A stretch of DNA of 64,000 nucleotides, taken from IMG/VR virus record IMGVR_UViG_3300037391_000010, positions 32,001-96,000 of that record; one strand, given 5' to 3'. The notes under the pieces are model-generated. The model was not told the origin of the DNA and searched no databases. It was given only the letters and a program-made list of their open reading frames with translations. A program made the position numbers and the translations under genes. This stretch comes from a virus. Below are positions 38,727-47,600 of the stretch, in pieces; position 1 is the stretch's first letter; each line of letters begins with the position of its first letter.

Positions 38727-39700
38727 GTAACGTAATGGTGACAGGCGCGGGCGGGTTCATCGGGCATCATCTGGTCAAGCGGCTGAAAGCAGAAGGGCAC
38801 TTCGTTCGCGGCATCGATATCAAATACCCCGAGTTCGAAAAGACGGCAGCGGATGAGTTCTGGATTTACGACTTGCGCTGGGATCATAACGCCATCCACG
38901 CCTTCAATGGTGAGCCATTCTGCATTCGTGAGTTCGATGAGGTTTACAACTTAGCGGCAGACATGGGCGGCATCGGCTACATCACGCAATACCTCGCCGA
39001 TATCGCTCGCAACAATATCTTGATTAACGTCAACATGTTGGAGGCGGCACGGAGATTCGATGTCAAGAGCTACCTCTACACGTCTTCGGCCTGCGTGTAC
39101 AACCAAGACAAGCAGCGGGACGCCAACGTGGTGCCGCTGAAAGAAGAGGACGCCTATCCCGCGTTACCAGAACGTGGATACGGCTGGGAGAAACTGTTCG
39201 CCGAGCAGATGTGCGAATACTATCAGCACGATTACAATCTCGACATCCGTATGGTGAGATTCCATAATGTCTACGGCCCGCTCGGGACATACGACGGCGG
39301 TAAGGAGAAGTCCCCCGCAGCCATCTGCCGTAAGGTTGCGCTGGCAGACAATGGCAGCGAGATCGAAGTGTGGGGTGACGGGCAGGCTACCCGCAGCTAC
39401 ATGTACATCGATGACTGCGTTGAGGGACTGAGACGCATCATGGCCTCGGGCTACCAGAAGCCACTGAACCTCGGCACCGACGAGCTTGTCACAATAGACG
39501 GTCTGGTGGACATCGTGTGCGGTATCGCTGGGAAGACCTTGGAGAAGAAACATGATCTCACCAAGCCGCAGGGTGTACGCGGTCGCAACAGCGACAACAA
39601 CCTGCTCCGTAATGTCCTCGGGTGGGAACCAAAGACCTTACTTGCTGACGGACTGCAACCGACATACGAGTGGATCAAAGATCAAGTCCACGGGAGCTAG
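38723..39700 (+). CDS. GDP-mannose 3,5-epimerase-like SDR
   Basis: TGAGGFIG, NLAADMGGIG, SSACVY, LKEEDAYPA-x-PERGYGWEKL, RFHNVYGP-x-GT-x-DGGKEKSPAAICRK, PQGVRGRNSDN. Confidence 0.85.
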   Translation: MSNVMVTGAGGFIGHHLVKRLKAEGHFVRGIDIKYPEFEKTAADEFWIYDLRWDHNAIHAFNGEPFCIREFDEVYNLAADMGGIGYITQYLADIARNNILINVNMLEAARRFDVKSYLYTSSACVYNQDKQRDANVVPLKEEDAYPALPERGYGWEKLFAEQMCEYYQHDYNLDIRMVRFHNVYGPLGTYDGGKEKSPAAICRKVALADNGSEIEVWGDGQATRSYMYIDDCVEGLRRIMASGYQKPLNLGTDELVTIDGLVDIVCGIAGKTLEKKHDLTKPQGVRGRNSDNNLLRNVLGWEPKTLLADGLQPTYEWIKDQVHGS

Positions 39701-39702
39701 GG

Positions 39703-40392
39703 ATGGCCGATAAGGTTTCCATCGTAATTCCCTGCTACAATCACGCACAATATTTGCCGCAGTCTATTGAGTCGGCACTCGCCCAAGACTACGACAACTT
39801 TGAAGTGATCGTGGTAAATGATGGTTCCACGGATAATTCGCTCGCTGTCGCTACGAGTTACGGGGAAAGAATCAAGGTTGTATCGCAGGCAAACCAAGGT
39901 CTCTCCCCCGCTAGAAACGCGGGAATTTCCGCTGCCACGGCTGAGTTCATCCTTCCTCTTGACGCCGATGATTGGGTCGAACCTGCCTATTTGAAAAAGA
40001 CGGTGCCCCTGATGCAGGAGCGTGTGGGTGTAGTTGGCACGCATACTGCCTGCTTCGGTTTGGGCGATCACGTCTGGCGTACATTTTCACCGACTATGGA
40101 GCAACTTAAAAATGATAACTCCATCCCCGTCTGTTCGCTGATTAGACGTAGTGTGCTTCAAGAAGTCGGCGGGTACAACCCCGCTCTGAGCGGGTATGAC
40201 AAAGAACACATCGGATACGAGGACTGGAACCTCTGGATTGACATCATGAAACGGGGGTGGAAAGTTGTCATCATCTCCGAGGCATTATTTCACTATCGCG
40301 AAAAGCAGGGTTCGATGAGCAGAAGGGCGAATAGACCAAAATTGATGGCAAAAATCAGGTCACTTCATCCTGATTTGTGGCCGAGGGGTTAA
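39703..40392 (+). CDS. Family 2 glycosyltransferase, paralogue of 35884..36564
   Basis: VSIVIPCYN, VVNDGSTD, PLDADD, YEDWNLW. Confidence 0.92.
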   Translation: MADKVSIVIPCYNHAQYLPQSIESALAQDYDNFEVIVVNDGSTDNSLAVATSYGERIKVVSQANQGLSPARNAGISAATAEFILPLDADDWVEPAYLKKTVPLMQERVGVVGTHTACFGLGDHVWRTFSPTMEQLKNDNSIPVCSLIRRSVLQEVGGYNPALSGYDKEHIGYEDWNLWIDIMKRGWKVVIISEALFHYREKQGSMSRRANRPKLMAKIRSLHPDLWPRG

Positions 40393-40393
40393 A

Positions 40394-40762
40394 ATGAACC
40401 AAGTTCTCGTAGAGTCGCTGAGACAGAAACAAGACCCATTACAACGTCCTCCGTGGAGTCAGTCATGGAGACGCGACCCGATTACCTCCGAGGAGATTCA
40501 GCAAGCACTTCAAGACCCCGCACTAGACGAACAGGGCCGACCATGGACGAAACATTGCGGTTCTTGGACGAGGGATGAAACATCCAGCCGCAAGAGTCAT
40601 GTCTACAGGATCGCCTATTTCGTGAAGCACCGCGAGGCCGCTGCACCAATTACCCTGAAAGCCAGCGGTTCGATGTTCGATGGCTATCATCGGTTGGCGG
40701 CTGCTATATACTGTGGGGATGAGTATATTGCCGTAGGAGAAGGCTTAGCTGCGGGAGTATAA
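40394..40762 (+). CDS. ParB/sulfiredoxin-like N-terminal domain protein
   Basis: PITL...FDGYHRLAAA. Confidence 0.6.
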   Translation: MNQVLVESLRQKQDPLQRPPWSQSWRRDPITSEEIQQALQDPALDEQGRPWTKHCGSWTRDETSSRKSHVYRIAYFVKHREAAAPITLKASGSMFDGYHRLAAAIYCGDEYIAVGEGLAAGV

Positions 40763-40763
40763 A

Positions 40764-40796
40764 GGGCTGCGACTTTCTGCCCGCCAGCCGCAGCCC
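40764..40796. terminator. GC-rich hairpin between convergent genes (probable terminator)
   Basis: Minus strand GGGCTGCGGCT...AGTCGCAGCCC followed by TTT. Confidence 0.55.
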
Positions 40797-40889
40797 GTGC
40801 AAGGTGCCGAAACTGTCATGACAGTCCCAGCGAGCGGCCATGCCCGCAAACCCAGCAAGAGCCGGGTTACATAGGCGGCGGGAAATTTG

Positions 40890-41732
40890 TTACCCGTTCT
40901 GCCCGAACAGGTAAGCCAAAATGTTTGTCCCCACGGTGTTTCCAGTTACGTTCACGCGGAGATAGTTGAAGAACAAGCAACTCGGTGCCCACATAATAAC
41001 CTTCGTGGCAGCCGAGGCCCACACGCCCGTACCGTCGTATGAAATTTCGGATTGCCCGACGATGGGAGTTGCCGAGTTGAGGTTTCCAGTCAGGTTTGCC
41101 CCGATGTTTGGCGTACCAGTGGTGTTGGATACTGGGGGAATCGTCTGATTGTTCAGCCATGCGTAGAGAGTAAATGTCTGATTGACGTTGATCGGGCCGT
41201 TGGCGACGGCAAGGTTGCCGAACGTCTGGCCTGAACCATACATTGGATTCTGGAGGACATACGCCCCGCCATTGAGACTGACGTACACGTTGTAGCCTGT
41301 GGCATACGGCCCGCCAGTGGTGGTATCGGGGCCCGGAGCCCCAACTAAAAGAGTGTTACCCGCGCTCACCGCGAGTGTGGCAATGCTACTGGCGATGGTC
41401 TCACCTTGCAAATTGACGTAGGTGAGCTTCACCCCGTAAGTGGCGGCGGGGTATACATACGCCTGCTGGTCACCGTTGTTGCTGGGGGTGAACTGACTGA
41501 GAACCGGTGTGGAAGGAGCGGCGATCTGTGTGGCAAGGTTGTCGATATTGACGTTGGGATCGTTCGAAGCTTCGACCCAGATGTTGGCTAACGCTGGGAT
41601 TGCCACTGTAGCCCCTGAGGAATTCGTAGCGGTGATCTCCACTGAGGACGACACGAAATTCGAGGTGTTCCGCCATGCCCCGTTCGCGGCGGCGAGGGCT
41701 GTGTTGAGGATCAGGTTATTGACAATCTGCAT
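40890..41732 (-). CDS. Virion protein with an Ig/FN3-like insert
   Basis: WVEASNDP...[APSTPVL...TYVNLQGET...ATGYNVYVS]...NYLRVNVT; SD AAGGAG. Confidence 0.6.
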   Translation of the reverse strand: MQIVNNLILNTALAAANGAWRNTSNFVSSSVEITATNSSGATVAIPALANIWVEASNDPNVNIDNLATQIAAPSTPVLSQFTPSNNGDQQAYVYPAATYGVKLTYVNLQGETIASSIATLAVSAGNTLLVGAPGPDTTTGGPYATGYNVYVSLNGGAYVLQNPMYGSGQTFGNLAVANGPINVNQTFTLYAWLNNQTIPPVSNTTGTPNIGANLTGNLNSATPIVGQSEISYDGTGVWASAATKVIMWAPSCLFFNYLRVNVTGNTVGTNILAYLFGQNG

Positions 41733-41840
41733 GATGAACTCCTTGCTATTAAAGCACCCGAAAGTCGAAACATCGTCAAAAAGAGGTTATAAACGGGAAA
41801 ACTCAACTACCAAACGCTTCTCTCAGAGAGGTCTATCACC

Positions 41841-42161
41841 ATGGGCAAGCTGCGTGCCGTTACCAGTTTCGGGTTAGGGGCTCAAAAGTCCGCTGATTCC
41901 AGCGTTTTCTCGGTCAACCACTTCATTTCCAGCACTCCCCTACCCCCCGCTCTCAAGCAAAAGATCGCCAGCATGGGGCTGGAACGAGTCGCAGGCAACG
42001 TTTATGAGTGCCCCAGCACCCGAGATTTTTGGAAGGTTAAGGGCAACAGTATTATCAAGTTGGTGGGCGACGAAGTAGACAGCGGCGAATCAATCAAGGC
42101 AGCACCCAAGAACGATCCCATGGGTTTCATGGGTTCTCTGATGGACGACATCGAATTCTAA
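41841..42161 (+). CDS. Hypothetical head-module protein
   Basis: SD GAGG; KSA/KIA motifs; first gene of the operon. Confidence 0.65.
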   Translation: MGKLRAVTSFGLGAQKSADSSVFSVNHFISSTPLPPALKQKIASMGLERVAGNVYECPSTRDFWKVKGNSIIKLVGDEVDSGESIKAAPKNDPMGFMGSLMDDIEF

Positions 42162-42173
42162 GGCAGGAAAATC

Positions 42174-44105
42174 ATGGCAGACGAGAAGAAACCGTACAGC
42201 AGCATTGTTGATGCATTCTTGGACGACCGCGAGCCCGAATGGAAGGACCTCGGCTTGAAGGACGCACAGGACTCGGGCGAGGAACAATTGGATCGCTCTC
42301 ACCAGTACGTCGATAAAGAGTTCATGGATGAGATCGCGGAATCCGCCTCCCACCACACTCCTCTGTGGCCTGCTCGCACTGGCTCTGCCTCGAAGAATGC
42401 TCAGCGAGACAGCCTTGAGCGTGCGCGTGGCACCCACTTAGATCGCATGGCAGCCAAGGATCAACATTTCAGCGGCGTCGGCGGTTCGGATCAGAATTGG
42501 CGTGTGCAGGCAACCCAACATCCAGAAGACTACAGCACGAAACTAGGCGACGACGATTCGTTGTTTGCCGAGGTCACGGAGACACTGGAATCGGCAGCCT
42601 CCACGGGCAAGGTTGAGAAGAAGAATGTGTCGGACGGACAGGTTTTGAAGTACGTCCACGATCTGCTCAATCAGGGTATGTCGCCTTCGAAGATCGCCGC
42701 CAAGCTGAAGAAGCTGGCTGAGATCGAGTTGTTCAATCACCAGATGGCGACTCAATACCTGCAAGAGAACGCAGGGTTGGTAGGTATGGCGTTCCTCGAA
42801 CCCAACACCTACATGGACAAGAATTCACCGACTTATGAACGAGAGAAGCACGGCAGTTCGAGCAACGAATGCGTAGCGCAGAAGACGGCATGGGACAAGG
42901 CTGGTATTAAGCCCCGAGCGGCATCCGTAAAGCAGATCAGTGCGTGCGAAGGATGCCAGTATTTCTCAAAGAATGGCAACGTTAAGTCCTGTGGTGTGTA
43001 TCACTTACCAGTGGTAGCAAACACCAAGGAGCTTACACCCATCGTGAATAAGCTCACGGCGGGCGTGCCGAACAAGCAGAAGCGGGCAGCATTGGTTCAG
43101 ATCGCTAACGGCAACGATGGCACCAAGGTTGGCTCTATGCCCCTTGCTCCGAAGTCAAGCTCCTCCATTTCCCGGCACCCGAGTCTGGGCGGCGTGGAAG
43201 CGCAGGCAAAGCGTGTGGGCCGCCAGATTGCGGCTGACTTCGACTCTTCGCACATCGCGGCGTTACACGAGAAGGGTCACTCACTGGCGGTTATCGCTCG
43301 TGCGGCTGAAAAGCGGTACGGTGCATTTGCAGCAGGCAAGGCAGTACGCGAGTTTGTAGGTAGCCTGCGACCGAACGTCAACGGACAGATTGTCATTGCG
43401 AAGGCTGATGCGGAGTTCCTCGCAAAGGCAGGACTGCATAATCAGAAGATCGTGGCAGGTGCAAAGTGTGCATCCTGTGCGACACACTCAGTAGTAGTGC
43501 AGAAGCACAAGTCGGCGTCGAATCCGAATTACGCCTCCCGTGTTCCGCACGCAGGGTTCCACGAGAGCAATCCCGATCAGGTACGCCACGCACATCGTGC
43601 GGCTGCACCTGAACTTGATGCCAGCGTCATCGAGCGGTATCACAAGAAGGGTCACTCGATGGAGAAGATTTACAAGCAGGCAGCGGCCAAGTTCGGCACC
43701 GCTCAGGCAAGCAAGGCCGTGAAGGAATTCATCGCCAGCCTGAAGCGTAAGCCGATCAAGGTTGCGTTGAGCCAGATCGACTGCACGTTCCTCAAGAACA
43801 AGCTCGCCGATCACAATCCAATTATCGGAGCACACAAGTGTGGCTCTTGCACGTATCGCAAGGGAATGCATTGCGGGCTCACGGGCGGAACTCTTTTGAG
43901 TTTCCCGGGTATGGACAAAACATCGTCCAACCACAAGGTCGGGGAAGGTGCGCCAGAGGATGGGCGTACCATTCTTGCCGAGTTTGACCTGATGCCGAAT
44001 AGCGGGCGTCCGGGCGACACAAAGATGGCCGACATCGATATGAATCCTCCTGCACGTCAAGACGTTCAGATAGGTAGCTCGTTTGAGCTAGGAGACATAG
44101 AGTAA
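42174..44105 (+). CDS. Cys-rich putative internal head protein with a duplicated helical unit
   Basis: Repeat H(E/K)KGHS...YG/FG...A-x-KAV(R/K)EF...GA-x-KC-x-SC x2; CxxC-x-C clusters. Confidence 0.65.
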   Translation: MADEKKPYSSIVDAFLDDREPEWKDLGLKDAQDSGEEQLDRSHQYVDKEFMDEIAESASHHTPLWPARTGSASKNAQRDSLERARGTHLDRMAAKDQHFSGVGGSDQNWRVQATQHPEDYSTKLGDDDSLFAEVTETLESAASTGKVEKKNVSDGQVLKYVHDLLNQGMSPSKIAAKLKKLAEIELFNHQMATQYLQENAGLVGMAFLEPNTYMDKNSPTYEREKHGSSSNECVAQKTAWDKAGIKPRAASVKQISACEGCQYFSKNGNVKSCGVYHLPVVANTKELTPIVNKLTAGVPNKQKRAALVQIANGNDGTKVGSMPLAPKSSSSISRHPSLGGVEAQAKRVGRQIAADFDSSHIAALHEKGHSLAVIARAAEKRYGAFAAGKAVREFVGSLRPNVNGQIVIAKADAEFLAKAGLHNQKIVAGAKCASCATHSVVVQKHKSASNPNYASRVPHAGFHESNPDQVRHAHRAAAPELDASVIERYHKKGHSMEKIYKQAAAKFGTAQASKAVKEFIASLKRKPIKVALSQIDCTFLKNKLADHNPIIGAHKCGSCTYRKGMHCGLTGGTLLSFPGMDKTSSNHKVGEGAPEDGRTILAEFDLMPNSGRPGDTKMADIDMNPPARQDVQIGSSFELGDIE

Positions 44106-44641
44106 TGGAAAACGAAACCGAACGCACAGAACTGGTGGTCGATCTGGAAGGAAAGTACAGCGAGGCGGCTAAGAAATCGAACAAGCGTGCGGAAAGTTCC
44201 AAGCTGACGGAGATTCGGACAAAGATCGAAGACCCGAATATCAGTCAGGCGGAACTCAGCAAGCTCATCGCTCTCGAAATGGCGGCGATTCTGGACGCTA
44301 TGAACGAGCATCTAGATAAACCAAATTCGGGTATCAAGGGGATGGACGCTAACATCGCCATCAAGAGCCTTGCTGAACAACTGAAGGGTGTTCGCGAACT
44401 CGGTCGTCAGATCATTGAGATGGACAACCAAGCGAAACGTGACTTCATCAACTTCGACGGCGAGAAGTTCCAGTTCGTCGCGGGCCAGTGGTTGCAGATG
44501 GGCGTTTCAGCCCTCCGTGCCATGGGCTGGGATGAACACACGGTTACCAGCTACGTCAAGCAGTTCCGTAGCCAGATCGAAATGAACGAACTCCGCATCC
44601 GTAAAGAAGCGGAAAACATCGGCACAAACAAACAGAAGTAA
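44105..44641 (+). CDS. Helical hypothetical protein
   Basis: TAATG coupling; all-alpha composition. Confidence 0.65.
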   Translation: MENETERTELVVDLEGKYSEAAKKSNKRAESSKLTEIRTKIEDPNISQAELSKLIALEMAAILDAMNEHLDKPNSGIKGMDANIAIKSLAEQLKGVRELGRQIIEMDNQAKRDFINFDGEKFQFVAGQWLQMGVSALRAMGWDEHTVTSYVKQFRSQIEMNELRIRKEAENIGTNKQK

Positions 44642-44656
44642 CGAAGGGGAACGAGC

Positions 44657-47600
44657 ATGGCTCAGAGCGGAAACACAGTCGCACTCAAGTCTTTCCAGTC
44701 ATTCATGGTGAACGATGGTCTTCTGTCGAAGGCTGTCGAAGCGATCAAGGCTGGCGAGAAGGAAGCCCGTAGTTCGGGCAACGTACAGTCCTTCGAAGTT
44801 TTCTACAAGGGCTTCCGTCAGAACATTGCCATCGGTCGTATCTACATCGTCCCCCCTTCCGTCGCCGACAAGAAGGGTCAGGATTTCCCGACCGCCCTGC
44901 TCTATGGCTGCCTCGTCCGCACCTTTGGTGGTGAGGAAATGGGCGACCTGATCTCTCACAAAATCGGTGATACGGAGTGGGATGAATATTCTCAGGCATC
45001 CTACGCATCAATCAAAGAAGAGTTGTTCGGCACCGAGGATGGCAAATTCGCTTCCCTCATCCTGTACGCCCCCAACTGGGTCAACAAGCGCGAATATCAG
45101 GGTTTCCAGTTCCCGAAAGACGACAACCAGCTTTCGAACCTGACCCGCCACGTGATCTTCAGTTCGTACTTCGACCCACGTCTGTCCAGCGCGTTCGACG
45201 CCCTGATGACCGATGTGGAAACGTCCAAGTTCGATGTAACCGACATCACGCCGAAGCTGAACCACCCCGCGTTGGCTGAGAACCCGTTGAAAGAGTTCCC
45301 GTTGCTGACCAAGGAGGGCTCGAAGAAAAAGCCTCGCCTCGGCCTGACCTTCAAGACCGCCGACGAAGTTACCAAGGAAGTGCTCGAACCTCAGGAGATG
45401 GATGTATTCGACTCTTTGGATCAGGCTCTCCGCAACAGCCTCCTGCCGAGCGGCACCAAGGGCGTTGAAGACGCTTCCGAGGGCAAGGCTCCGACAAAGG
45501 GCGAAGTTGTCCCGCGTCTCGCGGCTGTCGAATGCGACAAGTGCGAAGGTGACGGCTGCAAGTTCTGCAACAAGGGTGTCAAGAAAGGTTCCGCCACGGC
45601 GGTATTCGAGACCCCGATCACGAATGTGGGCCCCGGCACCGAAGCTCACGACGAAGCTAATCAGCGCACCGAAGGCTATAAGGCTGAGAAGGACACGCCG
45701 AAGACTGTTATCAACAGCGCACCAATCGGCATCGCTCTCGACGAGACTGGCGTACCACGCCGTGCTGAGGAAGAGCGTAAGGAAAAGTCCGCCACAACCA
45801 AAGTAGCACATGGCTACATCGCTTTCTACGGCGGGCGGCGTGTGGAAATCCACGCTGACTCCCTCTATGGGGCGAAGCTGAAAGCCATCGAGATGTTGAA
45901 GGTTCCGAAATCCAAGCAGGGCTTGCTCGCTGTTGAGCTTGCCGAGAAGGACGGAGAACAGGTCACCACGACGATCACTTCCGCCGACAAGCAGGCGAAG
46001 CGCGTCGAGGGTCTCACTTGTACGGGGGATGTCGAACGTCTCGCGGCACAAACTAAGAAGGGTGATCTAAGCGCATCCGCTAGTGCAGCTTTTGATGAAG
46101 TTCGCACATCGGGCAGTGGAAAGGCTTTGGATGAACACAAAGCTCGTATGAGAGAGTACGCCGCCAGCATGGGTCAGGACAATCAGGCTCATCACGCAGT
46201 AGCCGACCACAAGAAAGAGATTGCCGCAGGTAAGCACGGGCCGACTCCGCTGTCGATCTCCTCTTCGAAGCACAAGATCGCCTATGTTTCTCACGTTCCG
46301 GGTCACACTAACTCCAAAGGCGAAGCTGCTCCATGGGTTATCAAGCAGCACGACACGGACAAGATTCTCGAAAGTTTCAAGTCCGAAGGGGCTGCCAAAG
46401 AGGGCTTGAAGAACATGGAATCCCACAAGGGTTCCGCCGAGAACGACCCTCAGGCTGTTCGCGATCACATCAAGAAGAACGTCAGTCAGGCTCGTCAGGG
46501 TCAGGACGCTTTGAAGGATCACCACGCATCCTTCGACGCCGCCAAGTGGGGCGGACTGGGCAAGAAGCAGGCTTCTTCCCTGTGGGTTGGTACTGCCAAG
46601 AAGGTTGCCGCTGACTTCGACAACTTCACCCGTGGTTATATCGAGACCGCTCTGTGGTCTTCGAATGATGAGTCCGATCCAAGCGGCGGACAGCCGTTGG
46701 ATCAGAACTACGATATCCGCGATCTATCGCCGTCCTGCTTGAAGGCGATGAGCGAGGATTGTGCACAGTTCCAAGCGGAGAACGCAGAGCTTTTGGCTGC
46801 GGCATCCGAACAGGATGGTCAGGACGATTTCCGTCAGGGCAATGATTTCTGGCTCACCCGCTGCGGTCATGGTGCGGGCTACTGGGATGGCGATTACCCG
46901 ACAACGGGCGATGGCTTGACCGAGGCTTCCAAGGCTTGGGGCAACGTGGACATTTACGTCGGTGACGATGACATGATTTACCAGTTCGGAGCAGAAGACG
47001 CTGGCGAACGTGACCTCGGACAGGATCAAAAGGGTGGGCAGGTTCCGCCCGTGATCTCCTCCAAGAAAGCGTCCAAGAAGACCTCCTCGCAAAACGATGC
47101 GTCCTACATTGCCAGTTTGATTGGCGGTGGGTTTGGCGGCGAAGACTACGATGCTCGTTCGCAGCACTCCCGCACGGCTGCTCAGAAGCGTGAGGAAGAG
47201 ATGGCTCGTAAGTATTCCTCTCAGCGTAAGAAGTTCGCCGACGTTCCTCAGGACATCGACGATATCTGGTCTGAGACGATGGAAGACATGGGGCCTGCGC
47301 CTGAGATCAGACTTCCGGGCGAAAGCAAGGACAACGAAAAGTCCACCACGGGGGAACACGAGATTGAAGCTCCCGAGATGAGCGCGGATTCACGAAGCGA
47401 CGTTCCCGAGCAGGTCAAGGGCGATCAGGAAGAGCCGACCGTGGAGGTTGAAGAGGCTCTTGAGAACGACACCACCAAGTCCGAAGAGGACGAGCCGAGC
47501 ACTGGCGAAGGTGGGGCATCGGCAGACTCCGAGGAAACTTCGTCCGAGGGCGAATCTGAAGAGAAGTCCGAGGGTGATTCCAAGTCCGAATGGGCGAAGA

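Noticed and set aside
44105-44641. Terminase small subunit
   Set aside because: Size and helicity fit, but there is no recognisable motif and it is 11 kb from terL
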